From Candidatus Pacearchaeota archaeon (GTDB lineage: Archaea > Nanobdellota > Nanobdellia > Pacearchaeales > GW2011-AR1), in NCBI GenBank assembly GCA_023133415.1, contig JAGLWM010000003.1:10544-74543 (forward strand): DNA of 64,000 nucleotides. Direction: 5' to 3'. The notes beneath the pieces were generated by a model. That model saw nothing but the letters and a program-made list of their open reading frames with translations, ran no database searches and was not told where the DNA came from. A program made the translations under genes and the position numbers. Of this stretch, positions 9,310 through 17,366 are shown in pieces. Positions within the stretch are counted from its first letter, which is position 1, and each line of letters opens with the position of its first letter.

Positions 9310-10055
9310 AACTGTATTCAACTAATAGGATTAACGCACTAGGACTAAAAGGTCCAGAAAAAACACCACAAGAAATCACAAAATTCACAAATCACTCAAT
9401 AGAACAAATCATACTAGATAACGACAACATCCAAGAATCCCAAAACCTTCTCTATAAAAAAGCAAAACAAATCTTCAACCAAAATCAAAAATCAGTCTTC
9501 ATCGGAGGAGACCACTCAATAACATACCCAATCTTCAAGGCCTTCCAAAAGACAACACATGATCCATTCCTAATAATATTCGACGCCCACGCAGACTGCA
9601 TGCCACCAAGCCAAGAACCAACACACGAGGAATTCTTAAGAGCAATCATCGAAGACGGATTCCCTTCAGAAAAAATAATTCTAATCGGAGCAAGAAAAAT
9701 CGAACCAGAAGAACAAGAATTCCTAATAAAACACAACATAAAAATCTTCAACGAAATTCTAAATATGGAGACAGCAGCAGATTACATAACGGAAAAAGCA
9801 AACAACCATAACCTATACATCTCAATCGACATCGACGCACTCGACCCAGCCTTCGCACCAGCAGTCAACTATCCAGAACCAGCTGGACTTACATCAAAAG
9901 AATTCTTCTACATCCTAAAAAGATTACTCCATATAAAATCCCTAAAAGCCATCGACATAGTAGAAGCAGTTCCCCAAAAGGACCAAAACTATGACAACAG
10001 AACCCTACGAACAATCGCAAAAATCATTGACGAAGCCGCAAAAATTCTCAAATAA
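9306..10055 (+). CDS. speB: Agmatinase / ureohydrolase family
   Basis: GGDHSITYP, FDAHADC and SIDIDALDPAFAP metal-binding motifs. Confidence 0.8.
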   Translation: MKLYSTNRINALGLKGPEKTPQEITKFTNHSIEQIILDNDNIQESQNLLYKKAKQIFNQNQKSVFIGGDHSITYPIFKAFQKTTHDPFLIIFDAHADCMPPSQEPTHEEFLRAIIEDGFPSEKIILIGARKIEPEEQEFLIKHNIKIFNEILNMETAADYITEKANNHNLYISIDIDALDPAFAPAVNYPEPAGLTSKEFFYILKRLLHIKSLKAIDIVEAVPQKDQNYDNRTLRTIAKIIDEAAKILK

Positions 10056-10065
10056 GGACAAACCA

Positions 10066-10148
10066 CACAACATCCGACTCAAGGCACAACCACACAAGAA
10101 GCAAAGTCATGGGGCAAAATGAAAAAAGAAGAATTGCTGGACAAAAAT
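10066..10148 (+). pseudogene. Fragment duplicating the 3' end of the DHS gene
   Basis: 10087-10120 is identical to 7713-7746 (CAACCACACAAGAAGCAAAGTCATGGGGCAAAAT). It continues with ATGAAAAAAGAAGAATTGCTGG, matching 7829-7850 after an internal deletion. Confidence 0.6.
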
Positions 10149-10194
10149 TTTCATTCAATAAAAACGCCAAACAAAAAAACAATATTAAACCGAT

Positions 10195-11160
10195 TTAAAA
10201 AACATCAGGCAACATCTTAGGACCCAATTCTTTTTCAATATCAACTAATTCGTATTCAATTAAATTTTCTGCAAAAGTTTCCTTTATTTTATTAATTTCT
10301 CTTTTAAGCTCTTCAGGATGCTTATAAATTATTTGAAACATTGTATTAAATTTTCCAATATTTAATGAAAAGGCGTGCACCCTGTCTCTTTGTTTAGCAT
10401 AAACCAACAATTTATTTTGAAACAACTTAGATAAATTATTCATCTTGATATTCATTAAAGTTAAATTATACCCAATTACATCCAGATTAAGAAAAATTCT
10501 ATAACCAAGAATCATATTTTTTTCAATACGTTTTAAACGATAATTTATTGTTTCAATTTTTGATTTAACTTTGTGTGCTAATTCAACAATTTTTATATTT
10601 GCATTTTTTGCAAGAATATATAATATTTTTTTATCTAAGTCATCTAAAATAATTGGTTTGCTTTCTGTATAACTTAAGGTTTTATCGTGTTCTATTTTAC
10701 CAAAAATTTTTAATGGAAAATAATGGGTTTCAATTGGCTCAAGAATTTCATAGTCCAATAATTCGTGTTTCCATAATTCATAAAGATAAGAAATAAGTTC
10801 TAAAATATTTTTTTTGTCTTTTGTAAAAATAGAAATCATATAATCCCATTGTCCATAACAAAATATTCGCGTGAAGATTAAAATGTTTTTCAGATTATTT
10901 ATTTCAGCTAATTTTTTTATCTGAGGATTTTTCACCCTTAGTTTAATAATATAATTTTTGTCATAACCAAGTGCATGTAAATTAATTCCTGCAAGATATT
11001 TATCAATTAATCCGGATTTTTCATATTTCTTAATTCTGTATTCTGCTTGTTCTCTTGAAATTCTGCGTTTTTTCGCAATCTGAGTTATAGGAGTTCTAAA
11101 GTTATGGAAAATATAACTGAGCAATTTCTTATCAATTTTATCTAATTTTAATTCCTGCAT
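10195..11160 (-). CDS. Tandem-duplicated Lrp/AsnC-type transcriptional regulator
   Basis: Two HTH modules: DKIDKKLLSYI...ISREQAEYRIKKYEKSGLI and DDLDKKILYILAKNANIKIVELA...INYRLKRIEKN. Divergent from the peptide operon. Confidence 0.7.
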   Translation of the reverse strand: MQELKLDKIDKKLLSYIFHNFRTPITQIAKKRRISREQAEYRIKKYEKSGLIDKYLAGINLHALGYDKNYIIKLRVKNPQIKKLAEINNLKNILIFTRIFCYGQWDYMISIFTKDKKNILELISYLYELWKHELLDYEILEPIETHYFPLKIFGKIEHDKTLSYTESKPIILDDLDKKILYILAKNANIKIVELAHKVKSKIETINYRLKRIEKNMILGYRIFLNLDVIGYNLTLMNIKMNNLSKLFQNKLLVYAKQRDRVHAFSLNIGKFNTMFQIIYKHPEELKREINKIKETFAENLIEYELVDIEKELGPKMLPDVF

Positions 11161-11309
11161 ATTTTGATAAAGAGTAAGATGTTTTTAAAGTTTACTAATT
11201 AACTTAAAATTCATTATATTATTTCACTTAGTTTAGTAAAATTTAATCAAAACCTTTAATTTGGTTTAATACTTAATAATAGTAATTAAATTAAGGAGAC
11301 AAAAATAAA

Positions 11310-11525
11310 ATGGCAATAGGATGGTCAGGAAGTAGCGGAGGAGTAGGAGAAGCTTATAGGAAATTTCTTTTGATAGATGTAGAAGCAGGAATTAATAAAT
11401 ATAAATCTTTGTATGAAAATATTTCTGAACAACAAGTTGAAGCAAGGAAATTTTATCAAAAAGCAATTACTGGATTAGGGAAACTAAAACAAGAAATGAT
11501 TAAAGATTTGGAAGGGAGAGTATAA
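11310..11525 (+). CDS. Small peptide A (71 aa, Cys-free), candidate radical SAM substrate or partner
   Basis: MAIGWSGSSGGVGEAY... is a paralogue of the next ORF: 21 of the first 34 residues identical by hand alignment. AAGGAG lies upstream. Confidence 0.6.
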   Translation: MAIGWSGSSGGVGEAYRKFLLIDVEAGINKYKSLYENISEQQVEARKFYQKAITGLGKLKQEMIKDLEGRV

Positions 11526-11526
11526 G

Positions 11527-11730
11527 ATGGCAATGGGATTTTCAGGAAGTAATGCAGGAATTGGGGAAATTTATAAAAAAGTTTTGTATGTAGATGTGGA
11601 AGCAGGGATAAGAAAATATCAGGAGTTATTGCCCGAAGTTAGTGAAAATGTTAAACCTCTTTATGAAACTACAATTAAGAATTTAGAATTATTACTTTCT
11701 CAAATGCAAGAGTTTGGAGTGAGGAAATAA
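11527..11730 (+). CDS. Small peptide B (67 aa, Cys-free), paralogue of peptide A
   Basis: MAMGFSGSNAGIGEIY...DVEAGIRKY. Starts 1 nt after the stop of peptide A. Confidence 0.6.
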   Translation: MAMGFSGSNAGIGEIYKKVLYVDVEAGIRKYQELLPEVSENVKPLYETTIKNLELLLSQMQEFGVRK

Positions 11731-11731
11731 A

Positions 11732-12790
11732 ATGGCAGTAGGATTTTTAGGAAGTAACGGGGAAATAGAAAAAGGAAAGAATTTCGCAAAAGTAGATTTA
11801 TTAAACAGACCTTTAGAAGTTTCTTATTTTGTAAATAATTTATGCAATCTTAATTGTAAACATTGTTATGTTGGTTATTCTAATCCAAATGATGATTTAA
11901 GCATTCAAGAATGGAAAAATACTTTTGATGAATTAATTGATTTGGGAGCATTAACTTTTGGGAATGTTGGGAGAGAGCCGTTATTGGCTTGGGAAAAAAC
12001 AAGTGGACTCTTAAAATATTTTCAGGATAAAAAAGCGAAAAATCCAAAATTACGTTATGGATTAGTTACAAATGCCACGCTATTTAATGAAGAAAAAATA
12101 AAAAGATTAAATGAACTTAATCCTGATTATTTAGATATTAGTATAGACGGCACAGAGCAGATACATGATTTTATCAGAGGAAAAGGAAATTACCAAAGAG
12201 CTTATAAAAATCTCCAGGAAATCAAAGAAACTGCTCCAAATTTATTAAATAAAATTTTTATTAGTTATACTTTAATGCAACCAAATAAAAATACTCTTAA
12301 AGAAACAATTCAAGAAATGAACCAATTAGGAATAAATAATTTTTTGATTTCTCCTTATGTTAAAACAATTCATGATGAAGGAAATTTGGGATTAGATAAT
12401 TCGGAAATTGCAGATATTTATGAAAATATTAAAATAGGAAATACAGTTGATTTTTCAAAGACAAAAAATTTAGAGATTCTTTTAAAGTCAGATTATGATA
12501 CACAAAAAGATTTAATGGATTTATTAGTAAAAAGAAAAATAATCAATGTTGACAATTTATTAATTGATGAATACGGAGTTATTTTTAATAAAGAAGAAAA
12601 AGAAAATAATTCAAAAATAATTTTAAATTTCATTCCAATTCCAGAAACTTTAACACGGGCTATAAGAATTAGTCATGATGGATATGTTGGAGGATGTGAA
12701 GAAATGTTCCACGAAAATTACCCAGAATTAACAGTAGGAAACATAAAAGAAAAAAGTATCACAGAAATTCTAGGCAACAAAAATCCTTAA
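11732..12790 (+). CDS. Radical SAM enzyme (no SPASM/twitch cysteines)
   Basis: CX3CX2C (CNLNCKHC), GREPLL, LVTNATL and ISIDG motifs. Only one further Cys in the protein. N-terminus MAVGFLGSNGEI repeats the peptide motif. Starts 1 nt after the stop of peptide B. Confidence 0.85.
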   Translation: MAVGFLGSNGEIEKGKNFAKVDLLNRPLEVSYFVNNLCNLNCKHCYVGYSNPNDDLSIQEWKNTFDELIDLGALTFGNVGREPLLAWEKTSGLLKYFQDKKAKNPKLRYGLVTNATLFNEEKIKRLNELNPDYLDISIDGTEQIHDFIRGKGNYQRAYKNLQEIKETAPNLLNKIFISYTLMQPNKNTLKETIQEMNQLGINNFLISPYVKTIHDEGNLGLDNSEIADIYENIKIGNTVDFSKTKNLEILLKSDYDTQKDLMDLLVKRKIINVDNLLIDEYGVIFNKEEKENNSKIILNFIPIPETLTRAIRISHDGYVGGCEEMFHENYPELTVGNIKEKSITEILGNKNP

Positions 12791-12825
12791 ATATACCCCA
12801 TCTTCTTATTTGTTATAATCCTTCC

Positions 12826-13005
12826 CCGTTCCATCCTCTCAAAATCCAAACTCCTAAAACAACTCAAAATCCTCACCAACCTAAACCTCGAAATCTCCTA
12901 CTCCTACAAGTCTAACCGGCAAATTGGCAACATCTCTAAAAACCCAATGCTTCCAAAAACAACCAACACCAAATCTCTCGAGAAACCCCATTTCTCATCA
13001 ACCCC
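12826..13005 (+). pseudogene. Fragment duplicating the 5' end of the decarboxylase gene
   Basis: Translates as SLSKSKLLKQLKILTNLNLEISYSYKSNRQIGNI, versus FSLSKSKLLDQIKVLEDLGLKISYSYKTNRQIGDI at 8254 onward. There is no start codon and it decays downstream. Confidence 0.6.
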
Positions 13006-13060
13006 GCCCCTTTACTCTCAAATAAACGCAGACAAACCACACAACATTTACCTGACACCT

Positions 13061-13219
13061 CTATCCTCTAATAGTCGCAAGACTATCTTCAATAAAAAAC
13101 GTCCGCCTAGCAATCTCTGCAGCATGTCCAACGCCACACGACTCAAGCTCACGAAACATTCTCCGCGCGCGCTCTAACTTATCCATAAAAACCTCCATCT
13201 CCCATTTAATTCCCAACAT
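13061..13219 (-). CDS. Small hypothetical ORF (52 aa)
   Basis: Own translation MLGIKWEMEVFMDKLERARRMFRELESCGVGHAAEIARRTFFIEDSLATIRG. Its ATG abuts the stop of the upstream RHH-like ORF (TAAATG). Confidence 0.25.
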   Translation of the reverse strand: MLGIKWEMEVFMDKLERARRMFRELESCGVGHAAEIARRTFFIEDSLATIRG

Positions 13220-13423
13220 TTACTCATTCAACCCCACTCCCTTTTCTTCCAAAAACTTCATCACAGCACTATCAACGAAATTCCTCTTAGAAGGAAACTC
13301 CACCCGAATCTTCTTACTAGAAATATAACCCTCAATCGCCTCATCCAACCACCGACTAATCCGAACCGCCGTATCACTTCTCTTGCTCGATTGGATTACC
13401 ATAAATAAACTAATGGTTACCAA
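13220..13423 (-). CDS. Ribbon-helix-helix (CopG-like) protein, tentative
   Basis: TAVRISRWLDEAIEGYI...SKRNFVDSAVMKFLEEKG fits a strand-helix-helix pattern. Confidence 0.4.
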   Translation of the reverse strand: MVTISLFMVIQSSKRSDTAVRISRWLDEAIEGYISSKKIRVEFPSKRNFVDSAVMKFLEEKGVGLNE

Positions 13424-13503
13424 CGATATATAAATGTTTTGATTTTTAATAATATTAAATAACTTCTAGCACAGAAAACTCATTTAAATTTATCTTCTAT
13501 TAT

Positions 13504-13899
13504 TTATATAAAACCAACTATTCTTTCCAATTGTTTTATGTCGTACCTACTTCCTGCTTTTTCCCTAGCTATTTCATAAGCCCTATCTTTACAAACTTTC
13601 ATAGCTTCTTTCTCTTGACCTCTCACATCAAGCAAATTATAGTCAGGTCTAACTCTCGGATGACAATTTATATTAGGTAAAAGTAAATTTTCATTTGAAT
13701 CATAGATAGCAGGACCTTCTACTACCACAAATCTATCTTTGGGAAGTTTAGTTCCAGAAAATCCTTTAGAATAAAATACATCTCTCCCCTTAACTAAACC
13801 AAACAATCCAGTAGGCCAGTTCACTCTAAAACCGTTTTCCGCTTTGTATACTTTAACAAGTTTTTGTTTTTCCATTTTTTTTGACTTCAACCACTTCAA
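13504..13899 (-). CDS. Hypothetical protein
   Basis: ORF only. Confidence 0.45.
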   Translation of the reverse strand: MKWLKSKKMEKQKLVKVYKAENGFRVNWPTGLFGLVKGRDVFYSKGFSGTKLPKDRFVVVEGPAIYDSNENLLLPNINCHPRVRPDYNLLDVRGQEKEAMKVCKDRAYEIAREKAGSRYDIKQLERIVGFI

Positions 13900-13963
13900 T
13901 TAATTTAGGGATGACTGCGTATATTCCAGAAGATATTTTATATCCTTTAGAATCAAATTTATT

Positions 13964-14476
13964 TTATTCTTTTACAATTTCCCTAAGTTTCATTTTTTTT
14001 GTTTTTCCTACTTCAGGTACAAGGCAAAGAGTTCCCGTGAGAGTTGTTATGACAGATCCAATTAAAGTCCACCACGCATTTTTTCCCGCCTTCTCGACAG
14101 AACTAAAATACGCTTGAGATATATCATTTTCTCTCATCTCCCTAACTTCTCCTTGGAGGTTTTCTATTATTTTTGAATATCCTTTTGCAACTTCTTCTAA
14201 TAGGGGTTTAGTTGTATTCATTTGCCTTTCCAAATTCCGTGGGACGTATTTTATTTCATAACCAGCCCCATATCTAGAACGTTTTGAAAATAAATCTTCT
14301 CTTTTATCTTCAAAATATCTAATGGTTGAAACTGCATTATAATATTTTTTAACAATCTCTGGTTGTTTTTGATGGCAACTACCAATGGGTATTGCAGCAA
14401 AGATTCCTAACATTCCAAGGAGAGCTATTGAAACCCCTACACTTTCTAGTTTTTTTGTTAAGGTTTTATATCTCAT
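13964..14476 (-). CDS. Hypothetical membrane protein (N- and C-terminal TM helices)
   Basis: VGVSIALLGMLGIFAAIPIGSC near the N-terminus and WWTLIGSVITTLTGTLCLV near the C-terminus. Confidence 0.5.
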   Translation of the reverse strand: MRYKTLTKKLESVGVSIALLGMLGIFAAIPIGSCHQKQPEIVKKYYNAVSTIRYFEDKREDLFSKRSRYGAGYEIKYVPRNLERQMNTTKPLLEEVAKGYSKIIENLQGEVREMRENDISQAYFSSVEKAGKNAWWTLIGSVITTLTGTLCLVPEVGKTKKMKLREIVKE

Positions 14477-14562
14477 CTTACCCTCAAGTAAATTCTGTAT
14501 TTATATCTATGTTGTTAAATTTTTTTCACAACTTTTAAAAACCATAAATTCTTTTATAAAAT

Positions 14563-15291
14563 ATGAATACAGAAATTGTAAAAAAAACCCTTGAAGAACT
14601 TAATTTTGATAAAAAAGAAACAGAAATATATTTAGCCTTGTTGAAAATAGGCGAAACCACTGCGACAAAAATATCCCGAGAGACAAAAATAGAAAGAACT
14701 CTTGTTTATTACATCATTGAAAAATTAACTAATAGAGGTTTAGTTAATTTTAAACTGAAAAACAATGTAAAATATTATTCTTCTTCAAATCCTGAAAAAA
14801 TCTTGGAGGAAATCAAAGAAAAAGAAATTTCATTCAGAAAAATACTTCCCTATTTAGAACAAATAAAAAATCAAACGTATGAGGAGGAAATTAAGGTTGA
14901 TATTTACAAAGAGTTCGCAGGATTAAAAACCGTCACGAATGAAATATTTAAAGATAACAAAAAATTCTTTATATTAGGAGAACAAGGACAGGTTCAAATT
15001 AATTACCCAGAATATTCCGAACAATATCTTAGGAGATTAAAAGAAAATAAAATTAAAGAAAAAGTTATTGTAAGAGAAGATTTGCGAGGAAAAATCAAAA
15101 AATCAAAAAACTCGCAATTCAAATATATTTCTAAAAATTTACTAAGCCCAACAACCACCTTAATTTGCAATAATAAAATTTTAATCACAATCTGGGAAAA
15201 ACCTACATTTAATATTTTAATTACAAGTAAAAAAATCGCAGATTCATATAAAGCATATTTCAATCATTTCTGGAAAATTGCTAAAAAATAA
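14563..15291 (+). CDS. TrmB-family transcriptional regulator
   Basis: LNFDKKETEIYLALLKIGETTATKISRETKIERTLVYYIIEKLTNRGLV. Paralogue of 22211 and 60592. Confidence 0.8.
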   Translation: MNTEIVKKTLEELNFDKKETEIYLALLKIGETTATKISRETKIERTLVYYIIEKLTNRGLVNFKLKNNVKYYSSSNPEKILEEIKEKEISFRKILPYLEQIKNQTYEEEIKVDIYKEFAGLKTVTNEIFKDNKKFFILGEQGQVQINYPEYSEQYLRRLKENKIKEKVIVREDLRGKIKKSKNSQFKYISKNLLSPTTTLICNNKILITIWEKPTFNILITSKKIADSYKAYFNHFWKIAKK

Positions 15292-15332
15292 TCTTTCCCC
15301 TTCAATTCAAAATCCAGAAACACTCCCAAAAC

Positions 15333-15402
15333 AGCGCGAACTCAGAGCGCAACAAAAAACCCGAATACCGAACAGCGAAGCGCCCTAATACCAAATACCT
15401 AA
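15333..15402. repeat. Composite element: AGCGCGAACTCAGAGCGCAAC head plus 7-nt-period tract
   Basis: The head at 15333-15353 matches 44364-44384 at 20 of 21 positions. Units follow: CCGAATA CCGAACA GCGAAGC GCCCTAA TACCAAA TACCTAA. Confidence 0.6.
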
Positions 15403-15409
15403 ACAATCG

Positions 15410-15685
15410 CTACCACGCAACATTCTTCGGTTCCCGTCGAACATACTGAAAATCCTCAATCAACTCATAAATCTCAATCGAACTCTCAACCTGATCATCA
15501 AAATACCGAACCTGATACTCTCTCTCATTCTCCGGATTAAACATCTCAATAATCATCTCCTTCGTATCCCCATGATCCTGAAACAAATACTGCTTATCAA
15601 CCTTCATCTCCTTCCCATTAATAAAAAACACATCACCCTCTCCTAACTTCCTAATATCCTTCGACCGCTTCAAAATCTCAACCAT
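15410..15685 (-). CDS. Hypothetical protein
   Basis: ORF with backbone-type composition. TTTATAAA lies about 25 nt upstream on the minus strand. Confidence 0.5.
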   Translation of the reverse strand: MVEILKRSKDIRKLGEGDVFFINGKEMKVDKQYLFQDHGDTKEMIIEMFNPENEREYQVRYFDDQVESSIEIYELIEDFQYVRREPKNVAW

Positions 15686-15737
15686 AATTCAAACACATTT
15701 CCAGAATTTATAAAGATTTAGATAAACGGATTCGCCA

Positions 15738-15840
15738 AGCAATTTTGATTTTCAGCAGAAAATTTTTAAGTTAGAATTTTTGCAGTGTGCAAGCGCACAT
15801 AAAAAAATTATCACGACAAAATTTTCGCTAAAAATTAAAA
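15738..15840. repeat. Intergenic ~105-nt element, copy A (possible 3' UTR, terminator or sRNA)
   Basis: AATTTTGATT (15741), TAAGTTAGAAT (15767), hairpin TGTGC-AAGC-GCACA (15786-15799) and ATTATCACGACAAAATT (15807). Ends at the proS stop codon. Confidence 0.55.
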
Positions 15841-17295
15841 TTAATACGTCCGCCCAACATAAACCCAATACTCCGCCTTCTTCCCACAAACTAGACACTT
15901 TTTCCCCTCGACATCTCCACCATCAGAATCAACAAACAATGTCTTCAACCCAAGCATAATCTCTTTCAATCCATCTTCGCAATCCTCACTCTTACACATA
16001 GGAACACAAACCATATTCCCCTCCTTAACCAACTTCACGACCTCCTCCGCATCCTCACTCTTCTTCATCCGACTTTCCAGCAACTTCTTCGCAGCCTCAT
16101 ACAACTCATCCTGCATCTCATCAAGCAACCTAACAACCTCACTCTTCAAATCCCCAAACTTAATCTCAATCTTATCCCCCGTATTCCTCTTAACAACAAC
16201 GACCTGACCCTTCTCCAAATCCTTCGGTCCCAACTCAATCCTAAGCGGTATACCTTTCAATTCCCAACTATTAAACTTCCTCCCAGGCGAAACATCCTCC
16301 CTTAAATCAGTCAACGGAGCAAAATCCTTCAACTCCTCCTTTAACTCCTCAACCTTCGCCAAAACATCACTCTTCGAATCATCAAACAAAATCGGAACAA
16401 TCACCACCTTATTCTTCGACAACTTCGGCGGAATAACTAAGCCCTTATTATCCGAATGAATAGTAAACATCGTCCCAAGCATCCTAGTCGAAACAGCCCA
16501 AGTATTCTGATAAACAAAATCTTCCTCCCCATCCTCACGAGTAAACTTAATATCATACGCCTTCGAAAAATTCTGACCATCATAATGAAAACACGGCCCT
16601 TCGATAACCCTACCGCTATCAGTCATATAATGCAACTTCTCAGAAGAAACCGCCCCAGCAAACTTCTCCTTCTCAGTCTTAAATCCACGAACACTCGGAA
16701 GCGCCATCATCTCACTCACAACCTTCTCATACATCCCCAAAATATCATCCCCTTCAGCCTTAGCCTCCACCTCCGTAGCAAAAACACTATGCCCTTCATT
16801 CCACTGAAACTCCCTCGTCCTAAAAAACGGCACCGGATTCTTGAACTCCCACCTCACAACCGAATTCCACTGATTATACCTCATCGGCAAATCGTTATAA
16901 CTCCGAATCCATTTCGCATAACTATCATAAATAATCGCCTCACTCGTCGGCCGAATCGCTAACTTCTCACTCAACTTCTTATTCCCAGCATGCGTCACCC
17001 AAGCAACCTCCGGCACAAACCCCTCAACATGCGTCGCCTCCTTTATCAACAAACTCTCCGGAATAAACAAAGGAAAACTAACATTCTCAATCCCAGACTC
17101 CTTAAACAAATCATCCGTCACCCTAACAAACCTCTCCCAAATCCACTGCGACTTAGGACGAAAAACAATACATCCAGACACTTTCGTATAATCCGCCAAC
17201 TCGCCCTTAATTATCAACTGCTGATACCACTCGCTAAAATTATCTTCTTTCTTAACCGTCAATCCTTCCTTTGAAAGCTTCTTATCCTTACCCAT
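15841..17295 (-). CDS. proS: Prolyl-tRNA synthetase (archaeal/eukaryal type)
   Basis: FSEWYQQLI, AIRPTSE, FRTREFQWNEGH and C-terminal CLVCGKKAEYWVYVGRTY motifs. Start moved to MGKDKK. Confidence 0.9.
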   Translation of the reverse strand: MGKDKKLSKEGLTVKKEDNFSEWYQQLIIKGELADYTKVSGCIVFRPKSQWIWERFVRVTDDLFKESGIENVSFPLFIPESLLIKEATHVEGFVPEVAWVTHAGNKKLSEKLAIRPTSEAIIYDSYAKWIRSYNDLPMRYNQWNSVVRWEFKNPVPFFRTREFQWNEGHSVFATEVEAKAEGDDILGMYEKVVSEMMALPSVRGFKTEKEKFAGAVSSEKLHYMTDSGRVIEGPCFHYDGQNFSKAYDIKFTREDGEEDFVYQNTWAVSTRMLGTMFTIHSDNKGLVIPPKLSKNKVVIVPILFDDSKSDVLAKVEELKEELKDFAPLTDLREDVSPGRKFNSWELKGIPLRIELGPKDLEKGQVVVVKRNTGDKIEIKFGDLKSEVVRLLDEMQDELYEAAKKLLESRMKKSEDAEEVVKLVKEGNMVCVPMCKSEDCEDGLKEIMLGLKTLFVDSDGGDVEGKKCLVCGKKAEYWVYVGRTY

Positions 17296-17366
17296 AACAA
17301 CCAACCACAAAAAGACTATTTAAAATTAATGAGAAACCTTAAAATAACCCGTAACCAAATAAAGAC

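Noticed and set aside
12947-13177. 76-aa ORF downstream of the radical SAM gene.
   Set aside because: It reads through the decayed decarboxylase fragment and the antisense of a minus-strand small ORF. The product is P/S/T/N-rich low complexity.
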